A DNA stretch of 64,000 bases from Octopus vulgaris (lineage: Eukaryota): NCBI GenBank assembly GCA_951406725.2, contig OX597816.1:154070001-154134000 (forward strand), read 5' to 3'. This document shows, piece by piece, positions 13,120-25,700 of the stretch. Position numbers and translations under genes: made by a program. The notes beneath the pieces were generated by a model. It was not told the origin of the DNA. It saw only the letters and a program-made list of their open reading frames with translations, and did no database searches. Position 1 is the stretch's first letter. Every line of letters begins with the position of its first letter.

Positions 13120-13310
13120 CAATGATAGATCGCTAGCCACTAAACTGTTTTCTATTTTCTCTCTCTGTTTATTTCTGTGTTCCTTTCTGTCGAAGAGCGT
13201 AGGCTCGAAACGTAAAAGACTTTCTCACTTCCCGAGCGTTAAATTAATACATCTGTTCGTTGTTTACACACCCGTCTTCGTCTTTTATTTTCCTGTAAAT
13301 TCTCACTATA
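13120..13310 (+). mobile_element. Penelope-like pLTR remnant carrying a hammerhead-like motif
   Basis: CTTT-CTGTCGA-A-GAGC-GTAG-GCTC-GAAAC-GTA-AAAG at 13183-13218; element flanked by (TA)n. Confidence 0.5.
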
Positions 13311-13577
13311 CATATACAATATCATACGAGAACAGGTGTAAAATAATTAGCATATTAAAAATTCCGAATTACTGGAATTAATTATTCGGGGAAGCTATCT
13401 ACGTGAATAACAAGAATTGATATAAAATTAGCATATTTAATATAATGAGCATAAAATGCCTAATTAGAAATACTTATATAGTGTGAAAACGCATTAGCTT
13501 AATTATTTACATCGACTTTCTATCATTAAAATACATTCCAGAATCTTTGATTCTTGAAAATAAGAGAATTCTAAATA

Positions 13578-13592
13578 CAAGGGAAGTAACTC
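13578..13592 (+). promoter_or_regulatory. CAAGGGAAGTAACTC motif just upstream of the NUDCD3 ATG
   Basis: A second copy with 14/15 identity lies at 7484-7498; both are near putative gene starts. Confidence 0.4.
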
Positions 13593-13633
13593 AGCCTTTT
13601 ATTTTTGTCTCCATTATACCCACTTGTATCATT

Positions 13634-13731
13634 ATGGACGCGAAGTACGACCATTCCCTAATGGGCATCTTGCAACAAGAGGGACAATTGGGCTCGTTTT
13701 TAGATGTTATCATGGGATTTCTATACCGAAG
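13634..13731 (+). CDS. NUDCD3: NUDCD3 exon 1 (MDAKYDHSLMGILQQEGQLGSFLDVIMGFLYR)
   Basis: ATG at 13634; donor AG|GTAAAA at 13732; phase 2. Confidence 0.93.
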
Positions 13732-16700
13732 GTAAAAAGCAAATTTCCAACCTGTCCTTTTGTTTACCGAAAAATTAATTCTTTAAATGCTTTATTGATT
13801 TCTACTTTCATACATCGTACTGCGTTGATGACGTCTTTTATTGTCAAATGTGAGGAAGAACTTTCAGGAAAATAGCATTTTTTTTAATGTATAAACTGTC
13901 TAAATGATATACAGTCAACTGTGTTCCTTTTGTTTTCGAGTGATAAGGCTGTTAGGGACAAAATTTGCCACTGTTCACTCCAATTTGAACTCATAATTTC
14001 TTTTTATCATAAATATATTGTCCTGATTATTTCTGCTGCTATAACAAGTTTGTTCATAATTATATGTTTATTTACAACATTTGGTAATTTTAAAGGTCTC
14101 AGAGGTATTATTCTAACGATTCTAAAGTATAAACATGCTGTCAAAACAATGGATGTACGTGTATGCACAAAATTTATTATCTAATGTATACATCATTAAT
14201 TAAATCCACGTACAAACATGTATGCGTATGTTGTTATTGTCATTTAGCCATCGCCAAGCAGACTTGTGAGCAAAGGCGTTCTAGTTATGACCATCTCATC
14301 TTTTAAAGTTTCTGACTGCAGTTTCCGAGATTGCAGTCAGAAACTATAACCTGCTTCATTTTCATTTTTGCACATGTAAAATGTGTAATTCTAGATATAA
14401 GACTACACTGTCCGTTTTTTTTTTTTTAAATATAGTTTAAACTAGATCGGATTGCTACTTTTAACTACTCCATCAATTGCGTAGAAATTCCCTCGTTAGC
14501 TTGATACCTATATATTTATATATAAATCCTACTAAATGGTAGACTAACTAGCAAGAGTGCCTTTTTTGTGGTCGTCCAACCTGCTAGAAATAGCAACCAA
14601 ATCTTCCACAAATCCCATACTACCATTTTAGAAAAGTATACGTTGGATGTAGTCAAGGCTACATTATTTTTAGAAGAAGAAAAGAAAAGGCGAGGATGAC
14701 CATTTCTTGAGTGTCTTTGTCCGCTTGATTAAGGTTGATAGGATTCAGCTATTTGTGTTCACAGTTCGTTTCATTCATTCTCTTAAATTGGTGACTTTAA
14801 GAAATCAAATAGTGAAGTGAGCGCTAGCATACTTGATGTAGTAAAATATAGTAGTAAAAATATTTAGTTAATTGATGATGAGAACATTCATTAGCTAAAT
14901 GACTAATTCTGGTCAAAAACGGAAAAAGAGCCTGGGAGGCAGTTTAGTGACAACATATTTCAGAATTATTAGATCTTATCAGACCAACTGTAACTGCAAG
15001 AGCTTACTAGAATGGTTATAGGGATATAAGTTTTCGTGAATGAATACTGAGTGGCATTATGATTTAAAAGAATGATTTGTTACACTACATCAAGTATGCT
15101 AGCATCAATTTTGCTATTAAGCTTTCATATACCTGTACCTGGCGTGTTTTTTTCATAATGTCTTTTTATATCCATTCATTATCAACATTAACTCCAGGCT
15201 GGTTCTGTGATCTAGTTGTTTTTTAACCCAAGACTACTAACTCTGATCAAGTAGATCTATATTAAGTGTTTTAATAGTAACCATCTTGTCTTTTTCTCTC
15301 AAACAGTGTATCTAAGATTATTCTTGTATTTTTTTACCAAGGTAGTAGGCGATGTGCAAGCACATTGGACAATGTAGAGTCTGAAATATATATATATATT
15401 AACTGGATCCCTAACCCTAATCACAGGTTTACTGAATCAAACCTATGATTAAGTTTCATCCAGTAAAATTATGACCAGACTGCTGGAACGTCACACAGAG
15501 GTTTTTACATTAGTTTGCCATGAATGAATGGAGGCATTATAAAGGATTTTATATTTAGTTTTGCAATGAACAAGGCAGCATCTCTATTGATGGGGATACA
15601 ATGAAATGCATCCAGTACATTGTAAAATGGTTGGTATTAAGAAGAGCATCTGGCTGTACAAAGCATCCCAAAATGGAATGTACAGGCAAGATGTGGATTT
15701 TTGAACAGTTATATATGCAGTAACTTTGAGTAAGAACTCAGTACCATGACAATCTGCCCTCCCCTTGCTAACATGGAACGCAGATGTAAAATGATGGTGA
15801 TGATGATTACAATGCATATTTCTTTACGAATCATAATAAGGATAGAGGTTCAGTGAGGAAATTCCGGAATATCACTTTCTTACAAAATATTTGCATTGTT
15901 ATGCTTTTGTCAGAAGATTGCTCTAATCAATGTTTTAAACTAATCAGCTCTAAAGAAATTTTATCTGAAAGTATTGTATTTTATCCATGCTAAGAAATAT
16001 TTTTTAGTGAATTACTGATTTTTAGTCCTGAAATCCTCAAGAATTAAATGAATATTTAATCACATAGAACTCCTCATCATCATTTAATGCCCATGTTCCG
16101 TACAGGCATGAGTTTGACAGAATCTTATTTCTTTACTACCCACAAGGGGCTAAACACAGAGGGGACAAACAAGGACAGACAAACTGATTAAGTCAATTAC
16201 ATCGACCCAGTGTGTAACTGGTACTTATTTAGTCGACCTCGAAAGGATGAAAGGTATAGTCGACCTCGGCAGAATTTGAACTCAAAACATAGCGACAGAC
16301 GAAATACCGCGAAGCAGTTTGCCCGGCGTGCTAACTTTTCTGCCAGCTCGCTGACAGTTTGACAGAATCTGATGGGCTCAAGAACTTGCATCATGCTCAA
16401 GTGTCAGCTTTGGCAGGGTTTCTATGGCTGGATGCCCAGTCTAACACCAACAACTTTACAGTGTGTTCTAGGTACCTTTTTTATGCCTTTGACAACAGGG
16501 AGGTTGCCATGTTGCTTGCAAATGTATGAAAGCTGAGGGGAGAGGCTTTATGCTAGCAGGTAAGGGTTAAGGTATGAAAGAAGGGAGTTGGACAGAGAGG
16601 TTCTTGTAGGAGAGCTGCATGGCTACTCTCACGTAGGGGAGGTCGACTATACCAGGTAGCATCTTTAATGTACGAGGTGAGTAGGAACGGAGAAATTAGG

Positions 16701-19700
16701 TGTGGCTTAGGGTTTTCAAAAGTATATAGTGGGGGAAGAGTTATGAGAAATAAGCAACATTTGTAAGGATTGGGCAGGGTAGAAGGGTGGACACAGGGGT
16801 GGGGATTGCCAATTATGCCTGAATTGGGGAGGTAGAGGGATGCAAGGAGAGACCAGTAACAGGATAGTAATGATGAAACAGTTGACATGGGGGAAAGAAC
16901 AGAGAGCTGAAGTGTTTGGCTAAGCTAAAGGAAAAGAGGAGAGAGAATGCACAAGGATAGAATTCAGGGATCTAGTGAGGGGATAGATTAGATCAATGTA
17001 ATGTGTGGTGGTAGAAGACAATATTAATGGATAAGAGAGTGATATAATGGGGGGTGGGATGGGTAGCTAGTGTGGGAGGAATGTAAGGGAGATACTGGGT
17101 AAGGTGTCTGAGGTGTTCATTGTGCACCTATGTAACATGTACCCACTGTGCTTCTAGTTGTTAGTTTTGCCATGATGGATGGGTCTTCTCAAAGACCACA
17201 TATCACCAGACATCTTGATCCTTTGTCATCTCCTCCATGAGGTTCAAGATCCTGCGGTCAGCCTTCACTACTTCATCCCATGCCTTCCTTGATCTCATGT
17301 AAAAGCTCCAATCATATTTAATGACTGGTACACTCTCGGAGTGGTTGGCATTAAGAAGGGTATCCAGCTGTAGAAACACTGCCAGATCAGATTGGGGCCT
17401 GGTGCAGCCTCCTGGCTTCCCAGACCCCAGTCAAACCGTCCAACCCATGCCAGCATGGAAAACGGACGTTAAACGATGATGATGATGTAAATTTTTTATA
17501 CAGCAGTCCTCATCTGTCTGCAATCGCATATCCATACTAGTGCAGTCTTCTTTCTTGTACACTACATCTGATTCATCTTATGCCTAGTTTTTCTGTCAGC
17601 ACACTTATACTATGTTGTTTATGCACAGCTGTTTTATTTTTTTTATTTTTCCACATCACAGTGGTTTAGTTGAATAATTTAGTTTATTTTCATGGCATTT
17701 AAAGCAAAAGGAATCATCATTAAGCATTCAAATTGCTCTGTGGTAACTATGTTTGGAATATACTCGAGTGTATTTGCATTTTACTACTCAATAACAGTTT
17801 ATTATATTACTGTATTATTGTATTGAACTTATAAATATGAAAGAGAATAGATCCTTTTGGGACACAGTTTTGTAAACAATGGATCTATGAGTTTGCTTTG
17901 CTAAGTGATATGTAGGCTTCATTCTGGAATTAGTTGATAAATATGATTTGGTGTTATCTAAGGATATTTAAAGTATTTTTTATTTATGTTGTAAGAAATA
18001 GTTAGAAATCTTAATTGATATTATTTGGTATCAGGATTGTAATAAAATTTTATTTTCATGTTAAAATGGTGTAACATTACTGTACAGGGGTAAAGGAGTT
18101 AAGAATACTTAAACTGTTTGTTAGAAATAAAGTCTTTGAGTTCAAACTTAGCTTATAGACATATAAGAATAGGGTAGCTGAAGGTTAGGATTAAAGATGA
18201 GCAAAAAAGATGTAGAAGATGAAGTCATTAGTCTGGAAACTTTTAATTCTTATGTATTTCTTGTGATGATATGAGTTTCATGTTTGAGTTGGAAAGTCAG
18301 AAGTCCTAGAAAGAGTTATATGGCAGATGAGTGATAGAAACTACCAGCATTATCATATTGACTATATTTTCTCCAGATAATACTTTTTTTTTTTTTTTTT
18401 TTTTTTTTCATTACAGAACTGACTTTTACCATCTACTCAGAGATAAAAATGACACTAAAGGATTTCCTCCTGGAATGGCATTAAACATATTACTCAAAGT
18501 AAGTCAATGTCAACTTCTAAAGCCTTTACAGTTGCAAATTAAAGGGTTTTAGCTCTTTCAGAAGGTAATTCACATAACTGTTAACTTTTAAAAGTGTTAA
18601 GAAGTGAATAATAAATTGTGTATCATTTGTAGTAGGAGAATTGAAAAACAAGCGTGGTAATGACGGTCACTCATATTAATTTCGATGTATGTGAGTTTGA
18701 AGGAGAGGATTTAAAAACAAAAAAAGTATGACAAAGAAAAAACAACTTCAAAAATAAAAGAGTAAAAGAAGTTGTATCTATTTGCGATGGATGTGTAAAT
18801 GTAATTTGAGTACAGTTATAGATTTTACTTTGGAGTCAAACTGGAGCCACTGATGATTTTGATTTTGCCTGGGATTGGACAAATGCGTCTGTTGATTGCA
18901 GGATATTATCCTTTTATTCTTGTTTCTTCAACTCAAATTGTTTCGATGCATCATGACATATGCAATGCAGATCAATCTAGGCAATTACTTTCCCAAGATG
19001 TAGAGACTTTAGTGATTGCTTCAACTTGTTCTTGTATCTAAAGACGGGTCCTTTAACACAGTGTCCCTCTGCTTTTTGGTCATACAAAAGACTTTTCAGA
19101 ATGCGGTCATCTTTCATTCAAACAATATGTCCTACCCATCTGCTCTGAATTATCAACAGTATGCTTTGCATACTGGAGATATTACATTTTTCTAAGATTC
19201 TGACATTTGATATCTTATCTTGCCACTTTAGGTTACAGATATTACACAGACAGTACATGTGAAAGGTTTCAAGTTTCTTTGTCTGTAGTAGGACATCCAT
19301 GCTTCTGCCCCATACAAGAGTGCTCAAAACACAAGAGTTTTATACCCTTATTTTAGTTTTCAGACTGACATTGTATTCATCCCACTAATGTTGGGCAAGT
19401 TTTCCAAAAGCATTTGTAGCCTTAAATATTCTAACATTGATTTTGTCATCAAGAATACTCTTAAAGTTTACTGTACTCCTAAGTTATTTAAATGACCTGA
19501 CCCATTTGAATGGCTTGTTGTCAATCATCACATCTTGAGTGTATTCTACCCCAGGTTTTGGTTGGAATAAAATTTCAGTCTTCATGATGTTCACTGTTTT
19601 CTGAATTTCCCCCAAATGTGTGAGAAATTAAAGCACAATCATCAGCAAACAGAAACTTATGTAGAATCTCTTCTTTGGTTTTTTTCCTTTGATCTGAAAC

Positions 19701-22700
19701 TTTGCCCTTTTAGGTTTAGTAGACCTCCTGTGTGAAACTTGAATTTTACACCTTCATGGCAATCTCTAAAAGCATGTTGGGGCATCATTGAAAGGAATAT
19801 GAGAAAAAGTACAAAAGCTAGAAGACATCTCTGTTTGGTTCCAGTGGCAACAGAAATGCCTCTGAACATTAACTGCTAGATATCACTGCTGCTATCATTC
19901 CTTTGTGCCGAGATACTGTACCATTGTCATTAATTATAATAATAGTAATACAAATTGATCAAGTTACTTGGCAAACTTGCTAGAGTCAGTGGCACATAAA
20001 GCACACTGTACACAATATAAAGTGGTTGGCATTAGGAAGGGCATCCAGCCATAGAAACCATGCCAAAGCTGATACTAAAGCTCAGTATAGCCAAGACACC
20101 CGCCACTAACCAAGTGATGGTTATTTTTAGTGGCGCATTTATCACTCTTACTTTTTCCAGGTGCTGGCTGTCACAGCTGGAGATTACACTGTGTTCTTCA
20201 TTCCTCAGTATTTTGGTGGAGTGAAACCATATCTCTCTTTCTATCCCGAATCTCACACCAACTGTGTTGAACTTCTTTCCTTGAGTGATATGGGTTTTCT
20301 GTTCCCACATGCACCCAAAGTACTTTTGTATCTGGGCCTCAGTTGCATTTTCCATCCACTGTGATTGAATGTTTTCTATAATGTCAAATGGAGGGTTTAG
20401 AGTTATCTGTCATCCATTTGTCTTAACAATTTGTATGGTTAGTTGTAGCTCCTGATTTCTCATAGTACTTACAAAAGAAATACCTTTTGCTGCTGCCTCT
20501 GTTGAGGCAGACTTTCTGTTTCTTGTACTTGTTAACATTGTTGATGCTGGTATTGTTGAATGTATTGACGTTGACACTGTCAGACAAAATTCTATTACCT
20601 TGAGATATTAAGTTCTTTTCAGTTTTCACTGGCTTAGTGACAACATCATGTTCCATTGTCAAGGCACCATCAAAGTTTTTTGGTATGTAGGATGGTGGGA
20701 TATTCTCTGTTATTGATTATTATTGTCAATTCTTATTCCTACATTTTTTTAAAAAATATTTGAAAAATGTTAAAATCTTTTGTTTTACTAAGTAGCTCAG
20801 AAAAATATCAATATATAAACGATGATGATGATGACTGCCAAAACCATGGCATTTCTAAACAAAATATTACCACCACAATCCAGACAATGTTAACAATAAT
20901 GATATCACAAAATAAATCACTGAATAGGGCCTTAACAGGCCAAAACGATGGAAAAGACTCCCAAAACTTACAGGGTACAAGTTCTGTGCCTTGACAGTAT
21001 GGCAATAATAATAATTCTTTTCTACTATAGGTACAAGGCCTGAAATTTTGTAAGGGAGAAGGTTAGTAAATTACATTGACCCCAGTGCTCAACTGAAAGG
21101 ATAAAGGCAAAGTTGACCCCAGGAGAATTTGAACTCAATATAATGACAAATGAATTTCTGCTAAGCATTTTGTCTGGCATGCTAATGATTCTGCCAGCTG
21201 TTTCTAATTTAGATAGGTGCAGGCAAGGCTGTCTAGTTAAGAAGGTCACCTCCCAACCACATGGTTTTGTGTTCAGTTCCACCACAAGTAGCATTTTAGT
21301 CTTCTGCTATAACCCTAGGTCAGCCAAAGCCTTATGAGTGTAATTGATAGATGGAAATGGAAACTGAAAGAAGTGCATTGTATTTGACTACTTGAAAGTC
21401 TTTGAAGAGTTTGGTTAGGATAGAGAGTTACTGAGCTTAATAGAAGGGACAGTATCAGGGCCTGTAGCCTTGTTGATTTGAAACAGTTTGAGGTGTCTCC
21501 CACTTAGCATGTATGTTTATATGTGGTATGACTGGTGGAGTGAAGAAGGGAAGTTTTGGTGTGGATTTGTGAAGTGTTTGCATTATAAAGAGTTGGGTGG
21601 AAAAGGCAATCTAATAATGAGCAATGCTCATGACCTTTGCTGGTCCTCTTGGACTGGTGAGATTGAAACAGTTGATGTCCACCTGTACATCTGTAGGTCA
21701 AAAGTCTGTAGGAAAAATGTAGGTAAATAGATATCCAGGAATCATGTGTGAATCCTTGAAATAGTAAATTCTGCTAAAGTCAGTCAGAGATGAGATGACA
21801 GTATTTAACTGGTCAATGTATTAGGCCTATTGCAATTTATCAACTAATTTTATTATCATAATTTAAAATTCATTGTTACAAGCTATAAAATATTGGGTCA
21901 TCTCATAAATAATGCAGTTTTTTTATACTTCTTTTATTTTTAAAAATTAAGATAAACAAAGTTCTTTTTTAATCTAAATTATACTCTCCTTCATTTTCTA
22001 TAATGCTCTTCCATCTATCTGGTAGACTTGCAAGGCTCCTCTTTCAAAATTCACTTCATGACGAAAAATACTCCTCCGGTACTGTTCTGACCTCGTCTAC
22101 GGAATTCATATTTTTTCCTGAAGACTGTGGAATAAATGATAATCAGATGGGGCAATGTCCACCGAATATGGTGGGTAGGGTATCATTTCCCGTTCAAATT
22201 GCTCCAGCTTTTGGAATGTCATCCTCGTATGTGGCCAAGCATTATCCTGATGGAAGAACACCTTTCATCTTGAAACCAAAGATGTTAGTTTTTCTTCAAG
22301 CACTAACTTAAGCTGCTTGTGGTAGATCTCCTTTGTTATCATTTGGCCTGGGTTTAAAAGTTCAACGTGGACTAAACTTTTCATATCCCACCAAACAGAT
22401 AAGAACAATTTATGTGGGTGAAAACCTTCTTTAGCCTGGGGTGCTGGTGTTTCTCCTTTCCCTACCCACTGTCTTTTGACATTTTTATAGAAAATCCATT
22501 TCTTTTCACCAGTCACTATTCAGTCCAAAAAAGGTTCATTCAGGAGATGTGACAGCAATGAAGAGCACACATTCACTCTCTGTACGTAATTAGACTTGGA
22601 AAGTTTGTGAGGAACCCATTGACCCAATTTGCTGACTTTTCCGATGGCACGCAGGTGTCAATGGATGGTTGAATGACCAGATCCAAGCTTCTCTGCTAGT

Positions 22701-25700
22701 TCCTCTACAGTTACGATGGGGTTTTGTCCCACCAGGGTTTGCAAAACATCCTCATTCAGCTCTTCAGATCTTCCAGAACAAGGCTTGCCTTCTAGGCTGT
22801 AGTTTCCAGCTTGGAATTTCTGGGACCACCGTTTTCACTGGCTTACACTTATTGTCTGATCCCCATATACTGCATTAATATTCCCTTGAACTTTCTATTG
22901 CATTGTTGCTTTTATTGAACTTATAAAGCAAAATATGCCAAATATGCTCCTTTGTCACTTCCATTTTAACTTTGAAAAAATAACTGTTAAAATCAAACTA
23001 TACTCTTCAATCATCATCATCATCATCATTTAGCGTCCGTTTTCCATGCTAGCATGGGTTGGACGGTTCAACTGGGGTCTGTGAAGCCAGAAGGCTGCAT
23101 TAGGCCCAGTCTGATCTGGCAGTGTTTCTACGGCTGGATGCCCTTCCTAACGCCAACCACTCCGCGAGTGTAGTGGGTGCTTTTTACGTACCACCCACAC
23201 AGAAATATTTACTACTTTCTAGTATAAATTAAGTATCTCTTGAAAATTGTAAAATTTAGATTTTAACTCAACACCAGTCAGCTACTGTTTTAGCTTATCT
23301 CACTTTTTTTTAAGTAACGTCTCTATATATTTATGTTTTAAGTTTGACTGTCCTTAAAAAAAAAATCTGCTTCTACCAAGCTTGTAAGGACTCGCCTAGG
23401 TAAGTGAAAGGAAAATATATATTCTAAATGGCTATGACACTAGTCCACAACAATAACATTTTCAGAATATCTGACAACCAGGTAAAGTGAAATTCAAACA
23501 GTTGTGTTTTGTAAAATTTGTTGGCAAGTTGGTCTAGGAACGAGGGGCAATGCAGTATTTTAATTTAGCATCTTAAACTGCTCAAATTCATCAGAAAACA
23601 TTTGCATTGGAATAGAAATTATGTTATATGAGTCCAAGGTGGACATTGCTCAATTATTTATCTTATGGCATCTAGTTCAATATTTCAAGTTTTTAAATTC
23701 TGCTGTAGCTAACTTTTTGCTTTCTCTCTCATTTATCTTGTTTTGTGACACTGCCATTAAAAATACTGATAATATATTGGAGTTAAATCAATTGACAATA
23801 TTCACCTTTACACAAAATGCTTTTTTTTATTATTTGGAAAGAAATCATTGTTTATTTCAATAGTTTGACATTTCATGTGTTGCATTTTATTTTAGTCATA
23901 TCGTCAGTTTGAAGACATGGCAAAGAAAGATCCAGAGAAAATGATGATTCAAAGTGATGCTGACATCAAGAAACAGGAATGTGAAGGTTAGTTTATCTTT
24001 ATTGCTTCCTGGTAGATTAATTATATAATTTGGTTTATTGCTGATGTTGACACTAGTAATATTCTTTTATCCCATTCTTTTTTTTTTCTTCCACTTCTTC
24101 CATCTGGTCAACATGTTGTTACTCTACAAGGAAGACCAAATTTAAGTATGCTTATAAGATTTACTAGCTAACATTGATAGATCCACTCAACAATTCTACC
24201 TACTATAATGGTGATTATCAATTTGGTCAGAAAATTATTCACAATTTTAAATTATTACAAAATGAATTATAGTCAGTGACAAATGAATATGACTGAGGAA
24301 TTTTAAGTTTGCTATTATTAATAAAGAAGTACAGTGATATAGCTTTAACAAGTAAGATTTTGTAAGTTAATTTTGAAAATAATTCTAGTATTTCTGAATC
24401 TATTTTTTAAGTATTTAAGTTTTTCTTCTGATTATTAAATGTTTAACATGTTTCTTCCATGCTAGCATGAATTAGACCAAACATGACTGTGGCTTTTACA
24501 TTAATTCTGACAGTTTAAGTCTTTAATATTAAAAAAAGCGTGATAAGTTAGGGTAAGATAATTAAAGTCATGTGCTTTTGCTATGAGAAACTTTTTTTAT
24601 TATTTTTGTTTTTGCTGATACTATTAAAGATAAACTTGGATGTTGGTGATAAGCTATTATTTTGCTTCTTGATAGAAAAAAGAACTTCAAAAGCTGAAAG
24701 TCCAAAGAAAGCATCTTCTAAAACAAATATAACTGTGGGCCAAAAATCTGAAGCAAATTCACAACAGACCAAACAACACAAAACATCTTCAGAATTAAGC
24801 ACTTCTGAAAAAGAGAAAAAAACTGAAGAAAGTTCTAGCAAGAATGACTCTAAGTATGTTTCTTCATTTTCTCTCTTACATTTTTCCTTCGTATATATAT
24901 TTATTCCAATTATATTACTATTCTAAACATGTAATGGTTGTGTTTCACAAGCTTGGACTGGAGTTGATTTACTATGGGGGTGGTAATAGTGGGGAGGAAA
25001 CAGTAAAATATAAACAGAACAAGTTAATTTTGCCTTGCAAATAAGTATTTTGATTTGCTACACTATAAAGTATATTTTGAAGACCTGTTGAGGCAAGTGA
25101 AAATCAAATCAAATCAAAATCGATGAACATCAATGGAATTTGTATTTTTGTGGCACATAAGAAAACCATCCGAACATGGCTGTAGCCAGTACCGCATCGA
25201 CTGGCCTCCGTGCTGTGGGCACGTAACAAACACCATCCGAGCGTGGCCGTGCCAGCCTCGCCTGGCCTCCGTGCTGGTGGCACGTAAAAAACACCATCCG
25301 AGCATGGCCGTTCGCCAGCCTCGTCTGGCACCTGTGTCGGTGGCACATAAAAAGCACCCACTACACTCACGGAGTGGTTGGCGTTAGGAAGGGCATCCAG
25401 CTGTAGAAACACTGCCAGATCTGACTGGCCTGGTGCAGCCTTTGGGCTTCCCAGACCCCAGTTGAACCGTCCAACCCATGCTAGCATGGAAAGCGGACGT
25501 TAAACGATGATGATGATGATTATTTTAAAGATAGTGAATAACTTCTACTATCAATCTTATATTGTGCATATAGTGATTGTTTAACTTATGATTGTTATTC
25601 CAGTGTACCGTCAAACTATCAAGCAGATTCTGAATGTTACAATGGAGCTGAGCGAGATACTTATTCATGGTCACAATCAATCACTGACTGTGATTTGAGA

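Noticed and set aside
25150-25360. CRISPR-like repeat/spacer array
   Set aside because: The 'spacers' are homologous to each other, there are no cas genes, the context is a eukaryotic intron, and the array is part of a dispersed retroposon.
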